Assembly (NCBI GenBank): GCA_964291285.2
Contig: OZ219786.1
Location: forward strand, 256,001 to 320,000
Origin: Alphaproteobacteria bacterium
Lineage (GTDB): Bacteria; Pseudomonadota; Alphaproteobacteria; Bin95
Reading direction: 5' to 3'
Length of the DNA stretch: 64,000 bases
Made by a program: the position numbers and the translations under genes. The notes under the pieces were generated by a model, which saw only the letters and a list, made by a program, of their open reading frames with translations, made no database searches and had not been told where the DNA came from. Below are positions 10,679-19,730 of the stretch, piece after piece; within the stretch, counting starts at the first letter, position 1, and the number at the start of each line of letters is the position of its first letter.

Positions 10679-11035
10679 CTACCGGCCCCGCCATTCCGGC
10701 GGGCGCAGCAGCCCGGGCAACCGATCCCCCTCCAGCGCCAGGCCCGCCGCAACCGGCGCCGCTCCGAACGCCATGATCGCGCCCGGGCCGGCCCATGGGA
10801 CCTTTCGCCCGTCCAGGACCAGCCACAGCGCCCGCAGACCCCCTGCGCCCGCGAGCACCGCCCCCGGGACCCACAACAGCTTGACCGCAAGGACCGGCAT
10901 TGGCGGGCCGAGCCTCAGAAGCAGGTCCTGCGCCAGCGGCCCCCAAGGCTTCGCCCCTGCCGCCCCGGCGCCGGACGCCGCAAGCAGGACAGCCGCGCAT
11001 GCCCGCACCGCCAATCCGCGCGCCCGCGCCCTCAT
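10679..11035 (-). CDS. Small membrane protein (IcmC/IcmD-like topology)
   Basis: Signal peptide plus two hydrophobic segments; ATGA coupling. Confidence 0.5.
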   Translation of the reverse strand: MRARARGLAVRACAAVLLAASGAGAAGAKPWGPLAQDLLLRLGPPMPVLAVKLLWVPGAVLAGAGGLRALWLVLDGRKVPWAGPGAIMAFGAAPVAAGLALEGDRLPGLLRPPEWRGR

Positions 11036-11565
11036 ATCGGCACCGCCTGTATGCCGAGCGTGTTCTGCAGCGCGCGCACGAGCCCGGCCATGTGCCAGCA
11101 CATCACCCCGCCCAGCAGGTAGCAGCCCGCCTGCGTCAGCGTTGCCTGCCCGCGCCCGTCCACCGCATGCTTCAGCACGAAGCATCCCCTGAGGAACGCG
11201 AACAGCCCGATCCATGCCGCGACCGCGAACGCCGCCTGCACCGCCGCGCCGAACCGCTGCCATTCTCCCGAAGCGGGCGGCATCCAGGCCATCGCCGACG
11301 CCGCCTCGCGGTCGGCCCCGAACACCGATTCCCCCGATGCCATCAGCACATCCGGCAACCGCACCAGAACCACCGCCAGCAGGAACACCAGCGCCGTTCC
11401 GGTCCCGGTCCCGGGCCAGTGCCCCCCGGCATGCCTGAGGACACGCAAACACCCGCCCATGAAGCAGAACGCGGCGAGCAGATAGCAGACGGCGCCCATC
11501 AGCATCCGGAGCGCGCCGTCCACGTCCTGCACCAGAGCCCGGAACGCCGCTTCGAGACCGTTCAT
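11032..11565 (-). CDS. icmC: IcmC/DotE/TraQ-like four-TM protein
   Basis: Four TMs, WIGLFAFLRG, YLLGGVMCWHM; lies downstream of icmE. Confidence 0.65.
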   Translation of the reverse strand: MNGLEAAFRALVQDVDGALRMLMGAVCYLLAAFCFMGGCLRVLRHAGGHWPGTGTGTALVFLLAVVLVRLPDVLMASGESVFGADREAASAMAWMPPASGEWQRFGAAVQAAFAVAAWIGLFAFLRGCFVLKHAVDGRGQATLTQAGCYLLGGVMCWHMAGLVRALQNTLGIQAVPI

Positions 11566-12764
11566 TGCCGCCCCCTCCGGCCGGGCGGTCCGGCGAACGC
11601 GCCCCGGCCGCCGTCGATCCGGGCGGCCGGACCGCCCCGCCGCGGGGACCCGGCCTCCCGCCCCGGGGCTTCGCCGTTCCGGCCCCGCTCCGGCGTCCCG
11701 GTTATGACCAGCACCAGCTCCGTATTCACCGGCACCCGAACCGTCGGCCCCTGCGGCAGCCCCTCGAGCAGCACCTCCCCGGCGCGCCTGGCCGCCGCCG
11801 CCGCGCCGGCGTAAACCTGCTGGCGGTGCGTCGGCGCCCCGCTCTCCACCGTCACCGTCTCTCCGGAAGCGCCCCTGGTGACAAGGCGCGCCGTCTGCGC
11901 CGCCGCCTCGAGGAAGCCGCCCGCAAACGCCACCGCCGACGGCAGCAGCACCCGGTCGAACCAGTGCCGGTCGACCTCGCCCGCAATGCCGTAGCACGCG
12001 CAGCCGGGGTCCACCGCCCAGCCTTCGATGTCCCGGCTCTCCCGGCCCACCGACAACCGGTCGATCCGGATCACCAGCCGGTCCCGCACCCGCTCGAACG
12101 CCCCGGTCGCCACCGCCCCGTCCAGGGGCGGCTCCAGGACCTCCAGGACGACGGGTCCCGGAAAGTCGCTGTTCGCCTCGTACAGCGCCCTCGCATAGAG
12201 GCCCGCGCCCGGCTTCAGCCCGGCCAGGACGGGCGGCAGGGGCGCGCCCCGCCCCTCGAAACCCGGGTCCGCGCCGGACTCCGGCTCCGCCTCCGCCGGA
12301 GCGCGTTCACGGGCCGCCCAGACCATCTTCGCCCGGGGCGCGGCGAGCACGTCCAGGAGCGCATCGAGGGGCGAGGCATCCCTGTCCCGGCTCCCGCCGC
12401 GCTCCGGCAGCCGCTCGCCCGGCCGCGCCGCCGCCGGCCGCTCCGCAGGAGGCGGCTCCGCCGCCGGCTCGGGTTCCTTCGGCCCGGGCGCCGCCGGCAT
12501 CACGGCCGGAGGCGGCCGGTCCGGGCGCGTCGGGCGGTCGAATGTCGGCGAGAAACTCTCTCCCCGTTCCATGGCCTCCTGCCTGCGCCCGGCATCGTCG
12601 CGCCCGATCGCCTCGCGAAAGGCATCCGTAACCGGCTTCTCCGGGTCGAAGACGACACCGCTGCCATCGCCCTCTGCCCATGCCGCAGACGTGAGCAGCA
12701 GCCAGGCCGCGAACCCCGGCGCCGCCCCGCGCCAGGCCCGGCGGCGCTCCCGCGCCGGCGCCAC
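11562..12764 (-). CDS. icmE: IcmE/DotG/TraO (VirB10-like) core complex protein
   Basis: Pro-rich N-terminal half; EANSDFPGPV, AVDP, VDRHWFDR, GPTVRV. Confidence 0.85.
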   Translation of the reverse strand: MAPARERRRAWRGAAPGFAAWLLLTSAAWAEGDGSGVVFDPEKPVTDAFREAIGRDDAGRRQEAMERGESFSPTFDRPTRPDRPPPAVMPAAPGPKEPEPAAEPPPAERPAAARPGERLPERGGSRDRDASPLDALLDVLAAPRAKMVWAARERAPAEAEPESGADPGFEGRGAPLPPVLAGLKPGAGLYARALYEANSDFPGPVVLEVLEPPLDGAVATGAFERVRDRLVIRIDRLSVGRESRDIEGWAVDPGCACYGIAGEVDRHWFDRVLLPSAVAFAGGFLEAAAQTARLVTRGASGETVTVESGAPTHRQQVYAGAAAAARRAGEVLLEGLPQGPTVRVPVNTELVLVITGTPERGRNGEAPGREAGSPRRGGPAARIDGGRGAFAGPPGRRGRQ

Positions 12765-12793
12765 CGGCGGCGTTCCGCCGCCCCTGTTCCCGC

Positions 12794-13123
12794 TCAGCTC
12801 TCCGCCTCCGGGTTCACGGCCCGCTTCAGCACCGGCGACGGCACGAACCGCACCGCCTTCGACGGCGGCGCGGTTCTCCGCTCGCCCGTGCGCAGATCGC
12901 GGTATTTCCGCTCCCCGCTCTCAGCGACCACGAACGTCCCGAAGCCGCGCAGCACCACCCGGTCGCCGCCCGCGAGCCTGGCCGCGATCTCCCCGACCAC
13001 GGCCCCGACCGCCTGCGAAGCCTTCTCCCGCGGCAACCCGGCCTTCTCCCCGACCGCCTTCACGAGCGCCGTCCGTCCGGCCGCCGCCAGGGACCTTCTG
13101 CCCATCTCCGCCGTCCTCGCCAT
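12794..13123 (-). CDS. HU/IHF family DNA-binding protein
   Basis: GDRVVLRGFGTFVV...RKYRDLRTGE...VRFVPSPVLKRAVN. Confidence 0.9.
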   Translation of the reverse strand: MARTAEMGRRSLAAAGRTALVKAVGEKAGLPREKASQAVGAVVGEIAARLAGGDRVVLRGFGTFVVAESGERKYRDLRTGERRTAPPSKAVRFVPSPVLKRAVNPEAES

Positions 13124-13124
13124 C

Positions 13125-14114
13125 TCAGTTCTCCCTGTCCGGCTGCGGCATCTCCGTGCGGTCGAGGAAGGACGCCCGCAGCTCGCGGCCCTCCACCGAA
13201 ACCATTGCGTAGGGCACGCCGGGCAGCCTGTAGGCCCAGCGTCCGGACGGGTCCCGCTCCGCCGCCCGCGCGCCCGGGGCGACCAGATACCCCCGCGTCA
13301 CCAGCAGCAGCTCCTCCCCGAGCCGCCAGGCCCGTCCGTCGATGCCTTCCACATCGAGCGGCCGGGCGCCCGCCGGCGCCGCGCCCGACAGCAGCCCGAG
13401 AAGCATGTCCGAGCCCGCATGAAACCCCGCCGCCGCGCCCGCATCGAGCGGATCGGCGTTCGGTCCGTCCTCCGGGAGGCGCACCGCCAGGCTGAAATCG
13501 ACCGCGCCGTCCCCCTCTGCCATCACCAGGATCAGCGGCTCCGCCAGCCCCTCCAGCATCACCGAGGCATTGCCGGTCAGCCACCGCGCATTCGGCTTCA
13601 GGTGAAGCAGGTGCCCGGCATCGGCCGGCGCTCCCTCGCCGCCCGCCGCCACGAAGTTCTCGTTCACCAGCGCGTGCGCGATCGGCCAGGGCGCGCCGGT
13701 CCGGTCGTAGAACCCGACCGACGTCACATAGTCGGCATGCACCGCGACCTCCTGGACCGCCCCCGCCCCGAGGCCGTCGAGGTCGATCCGCCGAACCCGC
13801 CCGGGCGGCGCCGCCCCGCGCGCCCGCGCCGCCGCCCTCTGCGTCTGCTCCAGCAGGCGGCCCAGCAGCGCGATCTGCTCCTGGGTAAAGGGAAGCCGCG
13901 TGCGGCCCGCCGCCGCGGCGTCCCCGTCCGGCATCGCATGCTCCGGCCAGACGTCCGCGTCCCGGTCCTGCCCGGAAGGGGGCGCCTGTCTCCCGGCAGG
14001 CGCCGGCGGCCCCGCCGCCTGCTGGCCCGCCGCCGGCGCCGCCCACGCCAACAGCCCCAGCACCGCCAGCACCGCCAGTTCGGCGCGTCCGCGCCCGATC
14101 CGCAACACTGTCAT
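13125..14114 (-). CDS. icmK: IcmK/DotH/TraN outer-membrane core protein
   Basis: Signal peptide, LPFTQEQI, TSVGFYDRTGAPWPI, GPNA. Confidence 0.85.
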   Translation of the reverse strand: MTVLRIGRGRAELAVLAVLGLLAWAAPAAGQQAAGPPAPAGRQAPPSGQDRDADVWPEHAMPDGDAAAAGRTRLPFTQEQIALLGRLLEQTQRAAARARGAAPPGRVRRIDLDGLGAGAVQEVAVHADYVTSVGFYDRTGAPWPIAHALVNENFVAAGGEGAPADAGHLLHLKPNARWLTGNASVMLEGLAEPLILVMAEGDGAVDFSLAVRLPEDGPNADPLDAGAAAGFHAGSDMLLGLLSGAAPAGARPLDVEGIDGRAWRLGEELLLVTRGYLVAPGARAAERDPSGRWAYRLPGVPYAMVSVEGRELRASFLDRTEMPQPDREN

Positions 14115-14740
14115 GGTCCCGCCGCTCCCCTCCTGCCCAGCAGAAAATCCGCGATCGCCAGCCCGGACATCCGCTCCGGGCGCGGCGCCCGCACGACCAG
14201 GAGGCGCGCCGCCAGCTTCGCATCCGCCCGCGCGCCCTCGCCGGCGTAGAAGGTCAGCAACAGCGGCACCTCGACCTCGTATCCGAAGCGCCCGCTTCCC
14301 ATCTTCCGCACCCGCATCACCACCGCCGCGCCCTGCGCCACGGCCGACACCACCTGCCGCTGCTTGCGCAGGCGCTCCAGCACCAGGCTGTCCTCGAGCA
14401 CCGCCCGGTAGCTCCCGAAACCGGCCGCGGTGAACCGGTCCCTCATCGCCTCGATGCGTCCTTCCCGGTCGTCGAAGCCGATATCGAGAGCCTGCGTCAC
14501 CGTGGCGACGGTCCAGGCCAGCATCGCGTCGATCGCGATGTCCGCTTCGGAATCCTCCGCCGCCCAGACCGCCTCCGGCTCGCCGCGGCCATCCATCGCG
14601 AACGCCGCGTGGGCCCTCTCCTGCCACTGCATCGCCGCCAGCAGTCCGCCGGCCGTCAGCGCCTGCGCGGCAACCGCCGCCAGGGTCAGGCCGGGCCATA
14701 TCCCGTGCCTGCGCATCCCCCGAGCCGACGCCGGCCTCAT
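14111..14740 (-). CDS. icmL: IcmL/DotI/TraM family protein (copy 2)
   Basis: Single TM; LAWTVATVTQALDIGFDD...RFTAAGFGSY. Confidence 0.8.
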   Translation of the reverse strand: MRPASARGMRRHGIWPGLTLAAVAAQALTAGGLLAAMQWQERAHAAFAMDGRGEPEAVWAAEDSEADIAIDAMLAWTVATVTQALDIGFDDREGRIEAMRDRFTAAGFGSYRAVLEDSLVLERLRKQRQVVSAVAQGAAVVMRVRKMGSGRFGYEVEVPLLLTFYAGEGARADAKLAARLLVVRAPRPERMSGLAIADFLLGRRGAAGP

Positions 14741-15450
14741 CGCCGCAGTCCCTCCGCCCTCGAAAACCGGAACTGTTCGATCGCCAGGCCGGACAGCCGC
14801 TCGGTGCGCGCCATGCGCACCACGAGCGCCTCGGCAACCAGGTCCTCGACCACCCTCTCGTCCGCCCTGGCGTAGAAGGTCAGCGACATCGGGAACTTCA
14901 CCTGGTAACCCACGGCGCCGTCCGCGAATGTCCGGACCCGCTCCAGGACCGGCGCGCCCCGCGCCACGGCCGACACCACCTGGCCCAGCTCGCCGATCCG
15001 CTGGAACACCAGGCTGTCCTCCAGCACCCGCTGGTAGCTGTCGAACCCCTCGTCGGTGAAACGGTCCCGCACCCCCTCGATGCGCCCGCGATAGTCGTGG
15101 AAGCCCATGGTGAAGGCCTCGGTCACCGACCCCACCGTCCAGGTGAGCACCATGCCGATCTCCTCCTCGCCTTCGACCCCCGCCGCCGACACGATCGGCA
15201 GGGTGCGCCCCGACATGTCCGTGGCGACCGCGATGTAGACCGTGTCCCTGGACTCCATCCACGCCGCGAGCGCGCCGATCGTCAGCGTCTGGCCGACCAC
15301 CGCGGCGACCGCCACCCGGCGCCAGGCGCGGTGCTGGGCAATGTGGTAAGCCTGCGACCCCGACACGGCCGCCATGACCTCGCTCAGCCGCGAGCTGCCC
15401 GACGCACGCTCGCGCACCGATCCCGGGTCCCGGCGCCAGGGCAGCCTCAT
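14737..15450 (-). CDS. icmL: IcmL/DotI/TraM family protein (copy 1)
   Basis: Single TM; LTWTVGSVTEAFTMGFHDY...RFTDEGFDSY...GLAIEQF. Confidence 0.85.
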   Translation of the reverse strand: MRLPWRRDPGSVRERASGSSRLSEVMAAVSGSQAYHIAQHRAWRRVAVAAVVGQTLTIGALAAWMESRDTVYIAVATDMSGRTLPIVSAAGVEGEEEIGMVLTWTVGSVTEAFTMGFHDYRGRIEGVRDRFTDEGFDSYQRVLEDSLVFQRIGELGQVVSAVARGAPVLERVRTFADGAVGYQVKFPMSLTFYARADERVVEDLVAEALVVRMARTERLSGLAIEQFRFSRAEGLRR

Positions 15451-16316
15451 CGCGTGGCGCCTCCGGACCGGAAGCCCGGTTCCGGACGCCCCGCATGAAC
15501 CCGGATTGCGCCCGCGTCGTCCCGCCACGCAAGGAAGGGCACGACCTCCGCGCCGAATGCCCGCCAGAGCGCATGGTTCGCCTCCAGCCGGTCCGTCCCT
15601 TCCGCCGCCGCGGCAGCCGGGCCGGACCCGAACCATGCCAGCGCCGGGTTCCCGGCCGCCGCGATCCCCGCCGCCTGCGCGACCGAGTCCTCTCCCAGCA
15701 GCCCCACCGGCACCGCATGCAGGCGGAACTCCCCGTCGAGCGCCCGGCTCCCCTGTTCAGCCGCCGCCTGCCTCGACCAGGGGCAGGCGGGATCGATGAA
15801 CGCCACCACGTCCGGACCCCTCTCGCCCAGCGTGAACGCGGCCGCATCGAGCGCCCGCTCGAACAGCGCCTGCCGTCCCCCCTCCGGAGCCGCAGACCGC
15901 GACGCCAGCGCATACCCGGCCGCCGCCGCCCGGACCGCGTCTTCCACCGGCGAAGGCCCGGGCGCCGCCGCACCCGGGCGCGAGGCGCCGCCGACCGCCT
16001 CTGCGGCCGCTCCCGCCTTCGCCGCCGCCCGCAGCTGCCCGCCGGTCAGCTCCAGCCCGTCCGGGCCGTAAAGCAGGCCCGCCACGGCATGACCGTCCGG
16101 CGCCGCATAGACCGGGAACACGCTTCCGTCCGGCCGGCGCACCAGCCAGCCTTCCAGCAGGCCGGACCGCCCGAGCGGCACGAGCGCCGCCCCGGACCGC
16201 TCCAGCGCCGCCAGCACGGCCGGAAGCCGCTCTTCGGAATGCCCGAGCCTCAGCCCGCCCACGATCAGCAGCACCAGGAGCGCCGAAAACACCGCCACGC
16301 GCACGACCGCCCTCAT
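15447..16316 (-). CDS. DsbG/DsbC-like thioredoxin-fold protein (CPWS active site)
   Basis: N-terminal anchor, VYAAPDGHAVAGLLY dimerisation-like region, AFIDPACPWS, VPVGLLG, VVPF cis-Pro loop. Confidence 0.75.
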   Translation of the reverse strand: MRAVVRVAVFSALLVLLIVGGLRLGHSEERLPAVLAALERSGAALVPLGRSGLLEGWLVRRPDGSVFPVYAAPDGHAVAGLLYGPDGLELTGGQLRAAAKAGAAAEAVGGASRPGAAAPGPSPVEDAVRAAAAGYALASRSAAPEGGRQALFERALDAAAFTLGERGPDVVAFIDPACPWSRQAAAEQGSRALDGEFRLHAVPVGLLGEDSVAQAAGIAAAGNPALAWFGSGPAAAAAEGTDRLEANHALWRAFGAEVVPFLAWRDDAGAIRVHAGRPEPGFRSGGATR

Positions 16317-16317
16317 C

Positions 16318-16596
16318 TCAGCCCCGCCCGTAGTCCAGGAACCGCCGCATGCGCCGGCGGTGCAGCGCCCGGCGCTTCCCCGCGAGAGCCGCGCGCATCG
16401 CGCGGACCGCCGCCGGCGGCCGGTAGCCCCGCGCCTCCGCAGCCCTGAACGCCAGCCAGGCGAGCAGCACCGCGCCGCCCGTCCACCAGCCCGGCACGAA
16501 CACCGCCGCGACCGCCAACGGCAGCAGGCGCGCGTCGAACGGCCCCAGCCGAACCGGGCGCATCGAATCCCGCCACGCCCAGCCCTCTCCCTCCAT
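16318..16596 (-). CDS. icmT: IcmT/TraK family protein
   Basis: WRDSMRPVRLGPFDAR...GYRPPAAVRAMR. Confidence 0.85.
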   Translation of the reverse strand: MEGEGWAWRDSMRPVRLGPFDARLLPLAVAAVFVPGWWTGGAVLLAWLAFRAAEARGYRPPAAVRAMRAALAGKRRALHRRRMRRFLDYGRG

Positions 16597-16608
16597 GAGC
16601 CCGCGCCC

Positions 16609-17757
16609 TCACGCGCCCGCCCGTTCGCCGGCGTCGCGCAGGTCTCCCGACGCCGCCAGCGCCCGGGCCAGGTCCCCGCGCCCGATCCGCCCGGCTTCAT
16701 GGGCCCGCACCCCGGCCTCGCCGAGGCCCCCGCAGCGCTTCCGCACCTCCGCCTGGATCGCCATCGGCCAGTCGCCCCGGGGCAGCTGGAACAGGCGCTG
16801 CTTCAGCGCGCCGTCGAACCGCAGCCACTCCCGGATCGCGGTCCGCCCGCCCTGCGGGTTCGGGACCAGCATCTGCGTCGCGACAAGCGTGAGGCGCTGC
16901 ATCAGCGCCACGGCCCGCTCGTCCCGCTCCGCCGGCGCAAACGCCGACAGCAACCGGCGCATGGTCGCCGACACGCCCACCGTGTGCGTCGTCGAATACA
17001 CCGCCATCCCCTGGTCCGAGGCGTTCAGCACCGCCTCGATCGTCTCCAGGTCGCGCGCCTCGCCCACCATCACCGCCGCCGGACGGCGCCTCACCGCAGA
17101 GCGCAGCGCCTCCGCGAACGTCTCCACATGCGTCGGAACCTCCGTCTGCTCGATCATCGCCAGGTCCGCCTCGATCCGGGACAGGTCGAACTCCACCGGG
17201 TTCTCGAACGTCAGCACCTTGCCCCGGCCGGTCTCCACCAGCCGGCGCATCGCCGCGGCCAGCAATGTCGACTTGCCGGACCCCGGAACCCCCGTGACCA
17301 GGCAAATCCCCTCGCCGAGCTGCAGCGCCGCCGCGATCTCCTCCTCGACCCCGAGCGCGTCCAGCTCCGGCGCCTCCTCCGGAAGCACCCTCAGCGCCAC
17401 GCCCATCCCCCAGCGCCCGTCGAACTGCTTCGGCAGCATGTTCACCCTGAAACGCCGCCGGCGCCGGTCCGGCCCGACCGCCGTGTGGCTGCAGTCGATC
17501 GCCCCGCCGCCGCGAAGCTCCGTCTCGGCCCGCTCCCGGCTCACATGCAGACCGCCGGCAACACGCCCCATCGCAGGGCCGTCCAGCCGCGCCCGCGTCG
17601 CCCGGCGCAACTGCCCGTCCACCTCGATGAACGCCGGAAGGCCCGTCGAGAAGGCGATATCCGCCGCCCCCAGGTCCGCCGCCCACAACAGGAACTCGTC
17701 AAGCCGGTCGGTCGGAAACGACCGCGCCGCGGGCTCCCACATGCCGGGCCCGCTCAC
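16609..17757 (-). CDS. dotB: DotB/TraJ PilT-like secretion ATPase
   Basis: GVPGSGKST, TFENPVEF, AVRRRPAAVMVGEARD, VYSTTH. GTG start overlaps the ssb stop. Confidence 0.9.
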   Translation of the reverse strand: MSGPGMWEPAARSFPTDRLDEFLLWAADLGAADIAFSTGLPAFIEVDGQLRRATRARLDGPAMGRVAGGLHVSRERAETELRGGGAIDCSHTAVGPDRRRRRFRVNMLPKQFDGRWGMGVALRVLPEEAPELDALGVEEEIAAALQLGEGICLVTGVPGSGKSTLLAAAMRRLVETGRGKVLTFENPVEFDLSRIEADLAMIEQTEVPTHVETFAEALRSAVRRRPAAVMVGEARDLETIEAVLNASDQGMAVYSTTHTVGVSATMRRLLSAFAPAERDERAVALMQRLTLVATQMLVPNPQGGRTAIREWLRFDGALKQRLFQLPRGDWPMAIQAEVRKRCGGLGEAGVRAHEAGRIGRGDLARALAASGDLRDAGERAGA

Positions 17758-18194
17758 GGCCCCTCTCCCTTCGCCGGAACGCGCCGCCAGTGCGCCCGGA
17801 CGAGGACACGGCGCTCGGCCCCCACCCACTCCGGCTCGTCGCCGGGCCCGGCGTTCCGCAGCGAGTCCAGGCGGTTCAGCCAGGCCCGCGCGCCGGCCAG
17901 CACCACCAGCGCAACACGCCCGGAACGGTCACCGCCGCCAAGCTCCCGGTATTCGAGACGCCCCATCACCTGCAGCGCCGCGCCCTTCACCACCAGCCGG
18001 CGCGCAAGGTCGGCCTGCGCGCCGACCGCGCGCACATGGTGCCACTCGACATGCTCCTCATAATCACCGCCGCGCCGGTAGCGCCGGAGATTGGTCGCCA
18101 GCGAGAAGTCCGCGACCTCCGTCCCGCCTGCCTGCCGGACCTCCGCGTCCTTGCCCGCATGGCCCACAAGGTGCACGTCCGAAAGGTTCAGCAC
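17754..18194 (-). CDS. ssb: Single-stranded DNA-binding protein
   Basis: VHLVGHAGKDAEVR, FSLATN, EWHHV, KGAALQVMGRL; AAGGAGG upstream of the GTG. Confidence 0.85.
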   Translation of the reverse strand: MLNLSDVHLVGHAGKDAEVRQAGGTEVADFSLATNLRRYRRGGDYEEHVEWHHVRAVGAQADLARRLVVKGAALQVMGRLEYRELGGGDRSGRVALVVLAGARAWLNRLDSLRNAGPGDEPEWVGAERRVLVRAHWRRVPAKGEGP

Positions 18195-18228
18195 CGCGCT
18201 GCCTCCTTCGCCTTCCGCAACATCCGGA

Positions 18229-19107
18229 TCACCGTCCGCTCCCCCATCCGCCGCCCGGCGCCACACGCTCCGGCAGCGGGCGCCACTCCCGCGGCGCCAG
18301 GTTGAACCGCGCCCGCCCGTCGAGGCGCACCACCCGCTCCCCGATCCGCATCAGGCTCTCGTGTCCCGAGACCGCCGTCTCCTCGAACCGCGTCTCGAGC
18401 GGGGTCACCATCCGCGCCGCGCGAAGCCGGTGCCAGCGCACGACACCCCGGAACACCGCGACCAGACGCTCCAGGTCCGAGGCATGGATGTCGTCCGCCA
18501 GCCCGACACCGCGCGCCCATCCCTCCTCCAGCCAGCCGTCCCAGCGCGCGCGCTCCGCCGCCCCGCGCGGGAACAGCACCGGCGAGGGCCGGCGCGCCGG
18601 CTCCCAGTCCCGCTCCAGCCACGCGCGCCAGGTCGGCGCCGCCCCCACGATCCGCTCCCCGGCCGCGATCCGCAGCACCTGCCGGGCGCCCGCCGCCATG
18701 TCGTCCTCGATCCGCACCGCATCCCGCGTCTCCGCCAGAACCGGCGGCATCACCAGGAACCCGCCCCGGGCCACCAGCAGCGCGCCGAAATCGAATACCG
18801 CCGAGAGATGCTCCGCCTGTTCCTCGAGAAGCGCCGCGATCTCCCGGCCCCGATGCGCAAGCCCCGCCTGCGAGGCCCAGGCGAGCGCCGCAAGCCGCTG
18901 CGCCTCGCCCCGGCGCTCCGCCGCGCGCGCCGCCGCGCCGCCCGCCTCCCCGGCCGGCGTCGTCTCCTTCAGCGCCTGAAGGTCCGGCAGCGGCGCCGCG
19001 CCCGGCCCCGCCGGAGACGACGCATGAACCGGCGCCGCCGCCAGCAGCAGCAGCGCCGCAAGCGCGGATACCCCGTGCCGCCGGCGAACCCCGGAGCCGG
19101 CGGTCAT
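18229..19107 (-). CDS. dotC: DotC/TraI family protein
   Basis: VFDFGALL, MPPVL, PTWRAWL, WDGWLEEGWARG, LERL. Confidence 0.85.
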   Translation of the reverse strand: MTAGSGVRRRHGVSALAALLLLAAAPVHASSPAGPGAAPLPDLQALKETTPAGEAGGAAARAAERRGEAQRLAALAWASQAGLAHRGREIAALLEEQAEHLSAVFDFGALLVARGGFLVMPPVLAETRDAVRIEDDMAAGARQVLRIAAGERIVGAAPTWRAWLERDWEPARRPSPVLFPRGAAERARWDGWLEEGWARGVGLADDIHASDLERLVAVFRGVVRWHRLRAARMVTPLETRFEETAVSGHESLMRIGERVVRLDGRARFNLAPREWRPLPERVAPGGGWGSGR

Positions 19108-19730
19108 TGCCCCCTCCCTGTTGCGGGTCCGCGATGGCGCACCGCCAGCGTCCTGCCGTCCGCGCCGAGCGCCGCGACAGGCGCGGGGTCCAGCCCGGAA
19201 AGGGACCGCGACACGGCCGCCACGGCTTCCGCAAAGGTCCCCCGGAAGCGGCGCGCCTCGCCCAGCCGGTAGCTCCGGTCCGTCAGCCAGACGAGCTCGA
19301 CGCCCGCCATCGCGCTCCAGCGCGCCAGCGCCTGGCGCAGCGTCTCGCCGCGCGCCACGCTCCAGTCCGCAACGCCCCGGCCCGCGGTCGCCAGCTCGAC
19401 CTCGCCGGGCGGCAGCCCCGCGGGGCGCACATGAACCTCGCCGCCATGGCGCTCCCAGGCGAGCCCGAAATCCCACAGAAGCACCCGCCAGTCCGTGTAG
19501 ACCGCCCGCGCCCGGCGCCCGGTGTCCACGCGCCGGTCCCAGCGCAGCCTCGCGCCCGCCGGAACCAGCCGCGCCGCAACCTCCGCGATCCCCAGACGGT
19601 CCGGCGGCCCGTGGATGAACATCGAACGGTCCGACTCCACGGGCGTCCAGGAGAAGCCCGCCGCCGCCGGCGCCGGCGACAGCGCTGCCAGTGCCGCCAG
19701 CACGGCCAGCACCCTCGGCAACGCCGTCAC
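19104..19730 (-). CDS. Secreted TcpQ-domain (PilL-like) protein
   Basis: Signal peptide; WSVARGETLRQALARWSAMAGVELVW. Confidence 0.7.
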   Translation of the reverse strand: MTALPRVLAVLAALAALSPAPAAAGFSWTPVESDRSMFIHGPPDRLGIAEVAARLVPAGARLRWDRRVDTGRRARAVYTDWRVLLWDFGLAWERHGGEVHVRPAGLPPGEVELATAGRGVADWSVARGETLRQALARWSAMAGVELVWLTDRSYRLGEARRFRGTFAEAVAAVSRSLSGLDPAPVAALGADGRTLAVRHRGPATGRGQ

